A stretch of DNA of 64,000 bases from an uncultured Dorea sp. (GTDB lineage: Bacteria; Bacillota; Clostridia; Lachnospirales; Lachnospiraceae): positions 3,310 to 67,309 of the forward strand of contig CAJTVU010000008.1 of the NCBI GenBank assembly GCA_910580235.1, read 5' to 3'. The first letter of the stretch is position 1; each line of letters opens with the position of its first letter. Below, in pieces: positions 26,611 to 35,450 of this stretch. The position numbers were made by a program, and so were the translations under genes. A model generated the notes under the pieces. It searched no databases and was not told the origin of the DNA. It saw only the letters and a list, made by a program, of their open reading frames with translations.

Positions 26611-27573
26611 TTATCCTTTCCAATACCCAAGCTCTTCTAACAATCCCACGGCTTCCGGCTTATATTCTGCCCGGGCAGAGACATAGATCACTGTATCGGT
26701 GATACGGACTTTTGCCACATATAGCGTTTCGTTCTCTATGGAATACAATTCGTGAACCATTCCGCTGTATTCTTTAGTTTCTCCGTCCGATACAGGAAGA
26801 GTCATGCCGTTAAACAAGACACGGGCGCTGTCCGCTGTGTCCATAACAACAAAATCCATTCGGATATTGCCGTCATTAAATGAGACGGCTTCCTCAAGCA
26901 TTGAACCGACTTTCCAGTTCTGGCTCAATTCTTTCGTCGTATCGGAAGTTGTGTGCCCCGCATCCTCGACAACTTCTACAAAGTGATCTATTCCGATAGG
27001 GCGAATGCCTGGAAACAATTTCGTTGCTAAAGACATGCCGCCCAGGACAACCGAAACAGCTGCGATTCTAAAAACAATAGCTAATATAGGCTTCGGATTT
27101 GTCTTCTTCATTTCTTCAGGGCTCACATATTCTTCCGGTGGGAGGATCTCTTCCTCTTCCGGCTCCCCTCTTCTGCGTATCTTGTGGATCAAAGCCCAGG
27201 TTCCCGAAAGAAAGAATCCGATTGTGATAAATATTGCCCCAAAGCTAAGAAACACCATCAGATTATAAAGGCTGGGCGACAATATATCTGTGCAATTCTC
27301 TGGAGACTTTGGATCATACTTTATTTTGACCTGATCTCCAAGTCCCATTGGAGGGCTTCTGTTGTAAAGCTTGCCGGAATATTCATTTCCGTCTACTTCA
27401 TACTGATAGGTGATTTTATATCTGACGCTTCTATTGTGCCGGGAACGTGAGTATTCGCTGGATATATCAATACCCTCAGCGTACAAGGGGACATACGCCC
27501 TGAACCATGATATTTGAGCTGTTTCTATCTTTCTTTCGTGTCCTCGTTGTTTTCCAGTTCTTTGGCAATACAT
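26611..27573 (-). CDS. DUF3592-like membrane protein with extra C-terminal domain (start uncertain)
   Basis: Beta-rich block YKITYQYEVDGNEYSGKLY..GDQVKIKYDP followed by TM LMVFLSFGAIFITIGFFLSGTWALI. A second TM is ILAIVFRIAAVSVVLGGMSLA. No candidate start (27672, 27630, 27573, 27486) has an RBS, and the 5' end overlaps the upstream gene. Confidence 0.5.
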   Translation of the reverse strand: MYCQRTGKQRGHERKIETAQISWFRAYVPLYAEGIDISSEYSRSRHNRSVRYKITYQYEVDGNEYSGKLYNRSPPMGLGDQVKIKYDPKSPENCTDILSPSLYNLMVFLSFGAIFITIGFFLSGTWALIHKIRRRGEPEEEEILPPEEYVSPEEMKKTNPKPILAIVFRIAAVSVVLGGMSLATKLFPGIRPIGIDHFVEVVEDAGHTTSDTTKELSQNWKVGSMLEEAVSFNDGNIRMDFVVMDTADSARVLFNGMTLPVSDGETKEYSGMVHELYSIENETLYVAKVRITDTVIYVSARAEYKPEAVGLLEELGYWKG

Positions 27574-28247
27574 ATGCACAGGTTCGTATAACGCTCTATG
27601 GAATGCATTCCTTCTTCGATATGCTCCCATGATTTTTTGTAATCGCCGTTCACTGAAAAATCTGACTCGCACAGGAATTTGATAAACCCTTCCAGATTAT
27701 TTCTATACTTTCTGGCAAATGCATAAGAATTTTCCTCTTTGGCATCATCTGTGCTATTACGATTGTTATGTAGTACATGATCTAAGTTGCAGGACATGTA
27801 ATACACTCTATATGGTATGCTCCAAACTTGTCCATTGCTTTTCAGCCGATATAGGTTGTCCGTTTTTCGTTTGTTGCGCTCGATAATGCCTTGCGGATCG
27901 GACGTATGGATCCCATCAGATTCGTAAGAGATCCTGTCACATGTTAGATCATTGATAACATTTTCATCTGGAATGTATACACCGTCTGTATCGACAATGT
28001 GAATGATCTGCTTAAAATCTTTTGCTGTATAATGCTGTGATTTTGTAAATATACGCACTTCATTTCCAATCTTTGAAACGATATTTTGCGGGTTCACGCC
28101 ATTTCTGGCTGTAATATCGCCGTGCATAATATGGACATGCACCGAATCTTTATCATATATCTGATCCAACATGACGCCTAATGCCGTCTCATCGGAAGAC
28201 CCTTCTACAATGACAAGCACGATCTTCTTACGAGCCAAATGCCTCAC
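27525..28247 (-). CDS. TOPRIM-like protein (DUF4435/RloB/OLD-nuclease type)
   Basis: N-terminal KIVLVIVEGSSDE (conserved Glu strand) and IIHIVDTDG (DxD). The start overlaps the upstream ATPase by 20 nt. Confidence 0.6.
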   Translation of the reverse strand: MRHLARKKIVLVIVEGSSDETALGVMLDQIYDKDSVHVHIMHGDITARNGVNPQNIVSKIGNEVRIFTKSQHYTAKDFKQIIHIVDTDGVYIPDENVINDLTCDRISYESDGIHTSDPQGIIERNKRKTDNLYRLKSNGQVWSIPYRVYYMSCNLDHVLHNNRNSTDDAKEENSYAFARKYRNNLEGFIKFLCESDFSVNGDYKKSWEHIEEGMHSIERYTNLCICIAKELENNEDTKER

Positions 28248-29634
28248 CCGCCTCTCTGAACGCTAAAGCGATCTCAAAGTTATTCGTAGGATTATATACC
28301 TGTTCATTCTGCTCACCTAAAACAATATCGCGATAGTAGAAATCTCTTAAGTTATTATTCCCTTTTACATTCGTCAGCCGGATGTACCTGTTTGCCGGAT
28401 TCGTTGTTGTGAACGCAATGAATCCTTTGTCAATCGTTTCAAGTGGCCTAAGATTGTGTGATGTAAATATCAGTTGCCCTTTCCCTTTTTCGGAAATAAT
28501 ATTCAGGACTTCTCCAAGCAGATATTCAAAGATCCCCGAATCCAGCTCGTCAATTGCTACAGTGATAGATGGAGTGTTATATACTATAATGAGCAGCTGC
28601 AAGACAGATACGATTTTCTTGATACCTTCAGACTCATATCGAAACGGGATTGTTTTTCTGTTCTTTAGCGACACAAGCTGGATCGATCTTCCGGGATGCC
28701 CTTCTTTAGATACTACAGGCCCTAAATCTACAATACCGATTGTTAATCCAGGAACGAGCTGCTGCAGAACGATGTTCATGTTATTAATGATTTTTTCAAT
28801 AAGCGGCATAGCTTCTTCTGGGATTGGCGCGGGGATATTCAGCGGGAGCATTAGGTTTCCGACCGCTTCTTTATTGTTGTTTGTACATTTAAAGGATAAA
28901 GGCAATGCATTCATACTGATTAAGCCGGCATTTTCCGTATTAATAATAAAGAGCTCGCGATTACCGAATGCATATAATCCTTTTATGATATCCAGATATT
29001 TTCGGACCGTACAGTTTTCCTGGAAACGTTGGATCATTTCTCTGGAGAAAATAAAGGATCTTGATTGTTCCTGGGCCAGACGTTTTGTTACAAGTAATTC
29101 TGTAACATCATCTTTTGCTTTTCCCAGCAGTGCGTTATATTTTGACTTTGGGATAAATATGTCTGATGTCCTTGTATCTATAAGCGAGTTTTTCCGGATT
29201 TTTTCTTCTTTTGATGTATACCCAAAACTTAGCGCTTCATCAAAAATCTGCGCCTTGTACTTTAATTCAGAATCGGAAAGCCTATATTCATTGGAGTCTG
29301 GATCATCAATCACTTTCTTCAAAGAGAACTGGTACCAGATATCGTAGACAGCCTCATTTAATTGCATTTTGAACTGGAATTTAAGCAGGGAGCAGCTTTC
29401 TGCAATGCTAATATAGTCTGCATATTTTTCTGGAACAGCTTTGCCACATAAAACAAACTTGAGCAGTTGTAGCGCGTCGATTAGAGCAGTTTTCCCCGAG
29501 CCATTCTGCCCGTATAGGCCAACGATGCTTGCGCGATAATTCTTTCTTCGATTTTCAAGATCAAGCGTTCCCTTTTGCACATTTTTAAAATTCTCAATGG
29601 AAATGTTCTCTATCCTAATAAAACGCTTGCTCAT
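28228..29634 (-). CDS. ABC-type ATPase of the AAA_15/AAA_21 (OLD/AriA-like) class
   Basis: Walker A GQNGSGKTALIDAL, a long helical insertion, Walker B ITVAIDELDSGIFEYLL, and an H-loop LIFTSHN. ATG 29634 sits 5 nt after GGAGGT. Confidence 0.75.
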   Translation of the reverse strand: MSKRFIRIENISIENFKNVQKGTLDLENRRKNYRASIVGLYGQNGSGKTALIDALQLLKFVLCGKAVPEKYADYISIAESCSLLKFQFKMQLNEAVYDIWYQFSLKKVIDDPDSNEYRLSDSELKYKAQIFDEALSFGYTSKEEKIRKNSLIDTRTSDIFIPKSKYNALLGKAKDDVTELLVTKRLAQEQSRSFIFSREMIQRFQENCTVRKYLDIIKGLYAFGNRELFIINTENAGLISMNALPLSFKCTNNNKEAVGNLMLPLNIPAPIPEEAMPLIEKIINNMNIVLQQLVPGLTIGIVDLGPVVSKEGHPGRSIQLVSLKNRKTIPFRYESEGIKKIVSVLQLLIIVYNTPSITVAIDELDSGIFEYLLGEVLNIISEKGKGQLIFTSHNLRPLETIDKGFIAFTTTNPANRYIRLTNVKGNNNLRDFYYRDIVLGEQNEQVYNPTNNFEIALAFREAGEAFGS

Positions 29635-29943
29635 AATAACCTCCATAATTTCAATAAATAATCCAATATGTATGTTCTTGTTAATATTATACCATTATAT
29701 TGCTTAATATTTCAATATAAAAATATGATTTTGGAACTTTTTGTTCCGATTAACTGATTTGGTATAAATTATTTGTAATAGTTTGTATTTTGCTCATTTT
29801 TTCAAAAAGTATACCTACCCTCAGTGTACAAGGGGTCCCTCATTTTCTGAAAGGTTAATAAGTTAACAGGAGAATTGCTTGTTTTTCGTGGCAATATCTG
29901 ATATTATGTTCTCAGATTACTTTACGGAAAGGAAGTGCTTAAC

Positions 29944-30744
29944 ATGGGATTTTTAACAGGAAAGACAGCGATCATCACAGGCGGAGGAAGGGCTACGCTA
30001 AGTGACGGAAGCTGTGGCTCTATTGGATATGGCATTGCGACTGCATATGCGAAGGAAGGGGCGAATCTGGTCCTTACGGGACGGAATGTAAAGAAGCTAG
30101 AAGACGCCAAGGAAGAGCTGGAGAGGCTTTATGGGATCAAAGTGCTTGCAGTCCAGGCCGACGTAAGCGCAGGAGCGGATAATAAAGCAGTAGTAGAGAA
30201 TGTAGTGAAACAGACGATGGACACATTCGGAAGGATCGACGTGCTGATCAACAACGCCCAGGCGTCCGCATCAGGAGTGACGCTTGCAGACCATACAACG
30301 GAGCAGTTTGATCTGGCGGTCTATTCTGGGCTGTATGCGACATATTATTATATGCAGGCGTGCTATCCGCACCTGGTGGAGACGAAGGGGAGCGTTATCA
30401 ACTTCGCGTCAGGCGCAGGGCTGTTCGGCAACTTCGGACAATGTTCCTACGCAGCAGCCAAAGAGGGGATCCGCGGTCTTACGAGGGTTGCTGCTACAGA
30501 GTGGGGCAAAGACGGTATTAATGTTAATATCGTGTGCCCGCTTGCATGGACGGCACAGCTTGAGAATTTTGAGAAGGCATATCCAGATGCGTTTAAAGCA
30601 AATGTGAAGATGCCGCCGGCCGGACATTATGGCGATGTAGAGAAGGAGATCGGACGCGCCTGTGTACAGCTTGCTTCTCCTGATTTCAAATTTATGAGCG
30701 GCGAGACGGTTACGCTGGAGGGCGGTATGGGCCTTAGACCTTAG
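29944..30744 (+). CDS. SDR family oxidoreductase
   Basis: TGGG..GIG-type cofactor motif with an insertion, NNAQ, and YAAAK catalytic motif. Confidence 0.8.
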   Translation: MGFLTGKTAIITGGGRATLSDGSCGSIGYGIATAYAKEGANLVLTGRNVKKLEDAKEELERLYGIKVLAVQADVSAGADNKAVVENVVKQTMDTFGRIDVLINNAQASASGVTLADHTTEQFDLAVYSGLYATYYYMQACYPHLVETKGSVINFASGAGLFGNFGQCSYAAAKEGIRGLTRVAATEWGKDGINVNIVCPLAWTAQLENFEKAYPDAFKANVKMPPAGHYGDVEKEIGRACVQLASPDFKFMSGETVTLEGGMGLRP

Positions 30745-30818
30745 GACGATCAAGGATCCTGCTTGCGTTTTTGACGAACGGCAAAGCAAGCATACAGGGA
30801 AACGGGTGTTTACGCATT

Positions 30819-31916
30819 ATGAATAATTATTTCCAGAAAGACGGGAAAAAGAAAATAACCGGCTGCATTTTATTGGCGGCCGGTTTTGTGCTTCTTTTTG
30901 CTTCCAGGATATTCCATGGCTTTGCTGATTGGTACAGCGGGCATATTTACGTGCTGCTCGTGGGAAGCCTTGGAAGGCTTATGGGCATTGTTCCCTTTTC
31001 CGTGGCGGAGATGCTTCTGTATGTGCTGATCATTAGCATTGTAATCGGTGCGGCAATGAGGCGTAGGAAATGGCTGTGGAGCTTCTTTCTGGTCGCATGC
31101 CTTCTGTTTTTCCTCTACGCGGCTAATTGCGGAGTCAATTATAATCGGGAATCATTTTCTGACACATCGGGCATAGCTCTGGAGGAGTATTCTGTAGAAG
31201 AATTGGAGACGGTCTGTCTGTGGCTTACAGAGGAAGTGAATGAATTAGGCGCTCAAGTAGCAAGAGATGAAGACGGCGTAGCCAGGCTTGACGGCAAGAA
31301 GAGGGGCGGCAGGGAAAGACTGAGAGGAAAAACGGAGGAACGTACGGGAGAGCTGGCGGCGCAGGCGATGCGTGATCTTGGCGATACATATGAGGGGCTT
31401 GCAGGAAGCTATCCGCGCCCCAAAGGGTTAAAAGTACCGTGGATCCTGTCGGTGCAGCAGCTGTCGGGTGTTTATTCGCCATTTACAATAGAGGCGAACT
31501 ATAATACAGCTATGGTGGATTATTATATTCCTTTCACCATGTGCCATGAGTTGTCTCACCTTCGTGGGTTTATGCAGGAGCAGGAAGCGAACTTTATCGC
31601 GTTTCTGGCCTGCCACGGCTCGGAGGAAGAAGAATTCCGTTATAGCGGCGCGCTGGTCGGCTGGACGTACTGCATGAATGTGCTATATCGAGTCGATTAT
31701 GAGAGATGGGAGCTTGTAAGGGAGCGGCTGTCGCCTTTGGCAGAGGCCGATCTTGCGGCAAACAGACAGTTCTGGTCGTCCTATGACGGGGCAGTGGCAG
31801 AAGTGTCCAACAAAGTGAACGATACATACCTTAAAGCCAATGGCCAGTCAGACGGGGTAAAGAGCTATAACCGCATGGTAGATCTGATGGTGGCATATTA
31901 CACTGGAGAAGAATAG
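30819..31916 (+). CDS. DUF3810-like membrane zinc-metallopeptidase-like protein
   Basis: N-terminal TM helices, HELSH (HExxH) motif and EQEANF downstream. Confidence 0.6.
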   Translation: MNNYFQKDGKKKITGCILLAAGFVLLFASRIFHGFADWYSGHIYVLLVGSLGRLMGIVPFSVAEMLLYVLIISIVIGAAMRRRKWLWSFFLVACLLFFLYAANCGVNYNRESFSDTSGIALEEYSVEELETVCLWLTEEVNELGAQVARDEDGVARLDGKKRGGRERLRGKTEERTGELAAQAMRDLGDTYEGLAGSYPRPKGLKVPWILSVQQLSGVYSPFTIEANYNTAMVDYYIPFTMCHELSHLRGFMQEQEANFIAFLACHGSEEEEFRYSGALVGWTYCMNVLYRVDYERWELVRERLSPLAEADLAANRQFWSSYDGAVAEVSNKVNDTYLKANGQSDGVKSYNRMVDLMVAYYTGEE

Positions 31917-32027
31917 AAGGAATCAATAAGCCCATATCGAAAATCAATTGGTATTCGGGGCAGATGCTTGCTATACTGAAAGAAACGTATACCCATGTAT
32001 GGGCATAGAATCCAGGAGGTAATGTGT

Positions 32028-32426
32028 ATGTCTATTACAGCAGAAACTGCGAAAGCGCATGAAAATGACCCTGCCGTACTGTGTTGCAGAGCTGAGGCGG
32101 GAATTACGATTGAACCTGCCAATTTAGAGGATCCGGCTATTTTTGACGAATTGGTAGATTCAGGGCTTCTGAATCTGGACGGCTGCCTGACGATTGGGCA
32201 GGTGCTGGGAGCAAAGCTTACGAAGACAAGCGATTCCCTCTGTCCGCTTACAGCAGATAATGTCGACGGGATCCGGGAGGTGGCCGCAGAAGAGACAGAG
32301 GTGGAAGAAGCAGCGGTCCCGGCAGTTGAAGGAAGCGTGGAAGGTGTTGTGATGGCTGCGAAAGGCGGTAAGGTAGTAATATCTATTAAGGAAGGAAAAG
32401 ATATTTATCTGGAGCTTCCAATTTAA
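32028..32426 (+). CDS. Hypothetical acidic protein
   Basis: ORF with a GGAGG RBS 9 nt upstream of ATG 32028. I recognised no family. Confidence 0.5.
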   Translation: MSITAETAKAHENDPAVLCCRAEAGITIEPANLEDPAIFDELVDSGLLNLDGCLTIGQVLGAKLTKTSDSLCPLTADNVDGIREVAAEETEVEEAAVPAVEGSVEGVVMAAKGGKVVISIKEGKDIYLELPI

Positions 32427-32442
32427 TAATCTGAAAGCAAGG

Positions 32443-32476
32443 CCCCTCTTAGAGAGCGTTCTCTGAGAGGGGTTTT
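32443..32476 (+). terminator. Intrinsic terminator
   Basis: CCCCTCTTAGAGAGCGTTCTCTGAGAGGGG followed by TTTT. Confidence 0.8.
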
Positions 32477-32582
32477 AGATGTTATGCTCTGTACACTGAG
32501 GAGAGGCTGGCGCAAGGGGATATCGTTGCGATAGATTATGATTGTAATGTTGTATTCCTTGTGTTACTATAATACATACCCA

Positions 32583-32648
32583 ATGGGCATACCGTAATAC
32601 ATGCCCCTTTTCGGGGCGGGCGGAGGAACGAACGTCCGACAAGGTATA
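32583..32648 (+). repeat. Conserved structured intergenic motif, copy B (5' leader position of the antiporter gene)
   Basis: ATGGGCATACCGTAATACATGCCCCTTTTCGGGGCGGGCGGAGGAACGAACGTCCGACAAGGTA. A TATAAT box lies at 32568..32573. Confidence 0.6.
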
Positions 32649-32695
32649 CCTGGAGGGCATGGATAGTAAAAGAGAAGAGAGAAGAGGATGCGGTT

Positions 32696-33667
32696 ATGGA
32701 TTATATCCTTTTGATGATTGGATTTGTGCTTCTGATTAAAGGGGCGGATTTTTTTGTGGACGGCAGCTCCAGTGTGGCTAAGATACTGAAAGTGCCGACG
32801 ATTATTATCGGCCTTACGGTAGTGGCTTTTGGGACGAGTATGCCGGAATTTTCCGTCAGCGTCACCGCGGCGATGAAGGGGAGCAACGATCTGGCTGTGA
32901 GCAACGTGCTCGGATCTAACATATTCAATCTTCTTGTCGTGCTGGGCTGCTGCGCTCTGCTAAATCCGGTACAGGCACAGTCCTCTCTGCTTAAAAGGGA
33001 ATTTCCGTTTTCTATTTTTGTGACAGTCATTTTACTGTTTCTCAATGCAGACTTTTCTGTTGATAAAGTCCGAAGGGGCAATGAGCAGTTCGTGCTAGGA
33101 AGAATGGGAGGGATCCTGTTCCTCATCCTGTTTGGGATATTTTTATATGCTACTGTTAAGACGGCCCTGAAGGCAAGGGCGGAAGATGAAGGAAGCGCGG
33201 AGCGAGAAGAATATGCGCTTCTGCCGCCAGCAAAGAGCGCGGCCTATATTGTAATAGGGCTTGCAGGGATCGTGTTTGGCGGGGATCTGGTCGTAGACAG
33301 CGCCTGTCAGATCGCAGAGACGTTCGGTCTTAGCCAGACGTTCATTGGGCTTACCATTGTCGCTCTGGGCACATCTTTGCCGGAGCTGGTAACTTCTATG
33401 GTGGCGGCAGGCAAGGGGGAGAACGATCTGGCCGTGGGCAATGTCGTAGGCTCTAATATCTTCAATATCCTGCTGATCCTTGGAGCATCTGCGACAATTA
33501 CGCCAATCGCCCTGGAAGTGACGGCAGTGTATGATACGCTCATACTGATCGGAGCCAGCCTGGCAGTGTATGTGTCTGCGATCGGAGGGCACAAGATTGA
33601 CAGAAGAGAAGGCGCTATGTTCCTGCTGGCATATCTGGCGTTTTTTGTATATGTACTGATACGTTAA
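32696..33667 (+). CDS. Calcium/sodium antiporter (CaCA family, YrbG-like)
   Basis: Two alpha-repeats, GTSMPEFSVS and GTSLPELVTS, each followed by GSNIFN. About 10 TM helices. Confidence 0.9.
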   Translation: MDYILLMIGFVLLIKGADFFVDGSSSVAKILKVPTIIIGLTVVAFGTSMPEFSVSVTAAMKGSNDLAVSNVLGSNIFNLLVVLGCCALLNPVQAQSSLLKREFPFSIFVTVILLFLNADFSVDKVRRGNEQFVLGRMGGILFLILFGIFLYATVKTALKARAEDEGSAEREEYALLPPAKSAAYIVIGLAGIVFGGDLVVDSACQIAETFGLSQTFIGLTIVALGTSLPELVTSMVAAGKGENDLAVGNVVGSNIFNILLILGASATITPIALEVTAVYDTLILIGASLAVYVSAIGGHKIDRREGAMFLLAYLAFFVYVLIR

Positions 33668-33681
33668 TGCGGAGATATTCT

Positions 33682-33722
33682 GGCAGTCTTTTAGCCGTCG
33701 TAATCTCTAGCAAAAGACTGCG
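33682..33722 (+). terminator. Hairpin after the antiporter gene
   Basis: GCAGTCTTTT..AAAAGACTGC, a 10-bp stem with a weak U-tract. Confidence 0.45.
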
Positions 33723-33967
33723 GATAAACTGAGCAGTATTTATAGCCCCACCTTTTTAATTTTAGCATATTTTCAAATGCTATTTATATCATAAAGCGTA
33801 TCATGGTTCTGGATGGGAAGACGACATGAAAAAAATAATGGAAAAGAGGAGGATTGTATGATAATATGATAATATATAGAAACAGAGGCGACACACAGCT
33901 TGGACGTTCATTCTTCATTCATCATCAGTACATTTGTTTCTATCATTCATGAAGGAGAAGGAACTGT

Positions 33968-34453
33968 ATGGGCAGCAGGTTTACAGAAGGGTTTAAGGAA
34001 GAGAGTTGGTATAAGGAATTGTGTGAAGAGGGTCAGTATATCTGTGACCTTATCCATAAATATCATAAATATTTTAGTAGACAAGATAAGAAATACCGTC
34101 ATATTGTCAGGGTGTTTCATATACTTGTCTTATTATTTTCCATGATAAATACAATCGTGTTGGGAATGAAGACGATTATATCAGCGGATATCCAGATTGT
34201 GGCAGGGCTTATCTTGAGCGCGCTGGTAACGTTTGTTTCAGCTATCATGTCATATTTTAATTTTGAAGAATACTGGATGCGAAATATTACGACGCATATT
34301 GATCTCAATATTCTCAGAGACCGGTTCATTTTTGATGCAAAGTCTGGGAGATTTGACGATAGAAAGAAAATTCAGCAATATAAAGATGCCTTGGAAGAAT
34401 TGCAGAAGAAAAATATAAAGTATTGGAAAAAATCGCTGAAGAAAATCGGATAA
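33968..34453 (+). CDS. SLATT/DUF4231-like two-TM protein
   Basis: 161 aa. Cytosolic head, TM1 VRVFHILVLLFSMINTIVLGM, TM2 IVAGLILSALVTFVSAIMSYF, then a helical tail NFEEYWMRNITTHIDLNILRDRF. RBS GAAGGAGAAGGA precedes the start. Confidence 0.55.
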   Translation: MGSRFTEGFKEESWYKELCEEGQYICDLIHKYHKYFSRQDKKYRHIVRVFHILVLLFSMINTIVLGMKTIISADIQIVAGLILSALVTFVSAIMSYFNFEEYWMRNITTHIDLNILRDRFIFDAKSGRFDDRKKIQQYKDALEELQKKNIKYWKKSLKKIG

Positions 34454-34465
34454 AGGAGTATAGTC

Positions 34466-35431
34466 ATGGAAAAGGGAATTATTGAAAGTACAAGGGAGAA
34501 TTCTCAGAACATACTGAGCAAGATACGAGAACAATTAAGAGAAAGGTTTCCTTTAGAAAATGAGAAGTATAAGAATATTTGTGTTTATGCCTGCGGCTCT
34601 CTGGGAAGATTAGAAATGTCAGAGAATTCAGATTTAGATTTGTTTTTTGTCTCTTTGCATAATTGTGGAGAGGATCCTATGTGCCAGAACCTGAATAAAT
34701 ACAAGTTTTTTTCAAAACTATATGATATAAATTGTGCGATGGAATTTCCTGAACCCAGTAAATGTGGAGAGTACTGGGAATTCATTAATAAAGACGATTT
34801 TCTTGACATAGGAAGCAGGAAGGAAGACTTTAATAATAGTTTTACGGCTCGGCTTCTGTTCCTTTTGGAAAGTAAGCCAATTTATAATGAAGAAGCATTC
34901 GATTGGCTTTTGAAGGAGACGGTCTCAAAATATTTTACCGACTATGCAGACCACCGGGATGAATTTTACCCGTTATTTTTGATAAATGACATTCTGCGCT
35001 ATTGGTATACATTGACATTGAATTATGAATATAGAAGAGATGATGCGGATGATGTCCACAAGAAGAACTGGAAACGCCTGAAACTGAAATACGCCCGGTT
35101 ACTTACATGTTTTTCTATGATTGCATGTCTGTATCGTAGGAATATTACGAGCGAGTACGTGGTGGAATGCATAAAAATGACGCCTCTTGAACGTTTGGAT
35201 AAAGTGGCCTCGAAAAATACTGAGCTTAGAGGTATTGTGGAGAGCATTAAGAAAGAATATGAGTGGTTTCTTAATTTAAGGCAGACCAGAGACAATGGAT
35301 TTGATGAGAAGGAGAAGCGGGAAGAGGCCTTCCGGCATGCGGATAAATTTCATGAGCTTGTCTTGCATCAGTTGCTCAATCAAGTGTCGCAGGCAAATCC
35401 GCAGTTAAGGAAGAGGATGGATTTATTCTAA
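34466..35431 (+). CDS. Pol-beta superfamily nucleotidyltransferase with helical C-terminal domain
   Basis: CGSLGRLEMSENSDLDLFFV is a G-S..D-x-D catalytic signature (nt 34595..34639). The subfamily is unresolved: SMODS/CD-NTase-like versus GlnD/DUF294-like. Confidence 0.7.
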   Translation: MEKGIIESTRENSQNILSKIREQLRERFPLENEKYKNICVYACGSLGRLEMSENSDLDLFFVSLHNCGEDPMCQNLNKYKFFSKLYDINCAMEFPEPSKCGEYWEFINKDDFLDIGSRKEDFNNSFTARLLFLLESKPIYNEEAFDWLLKETVSKYFTDYADHRDEFYPLFLINDILRYWYTLTLNYEYRRDDADDVHKKNWKRLKLKYARLLTCFSMIACLYRRNITSEYVVECIKMTPLERLDKVASKNTELRGIVESIKKEYEWFLNLRQTRDNGFDEKEKREEAFRHADKFHELVLHQLLNQVSQANPQLRKRMDLF

Positions 35432-35450
35432 TCTGAAATGGGGACTGACT

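Noticed and set aside
33828-33863. 11-codon mini-ORF (MKKIMEKRRIV) and the ATGATAATATGATAATAT direct repeat upstream of the SLATT-like gene.
   Set aside because: It is too short and has no RBS. This is AT-rich promoter-region sequence, and I have no evidence for a leader peptide.
33900-34145. 81-aa track ORF overlapping the start of the SLATT-like gene.
   Set aside because: It is out of frame with, and overlapped by, the better-supported 33968..34453 ORF, which has a strong RBS and a coherent 2-TM architecture.
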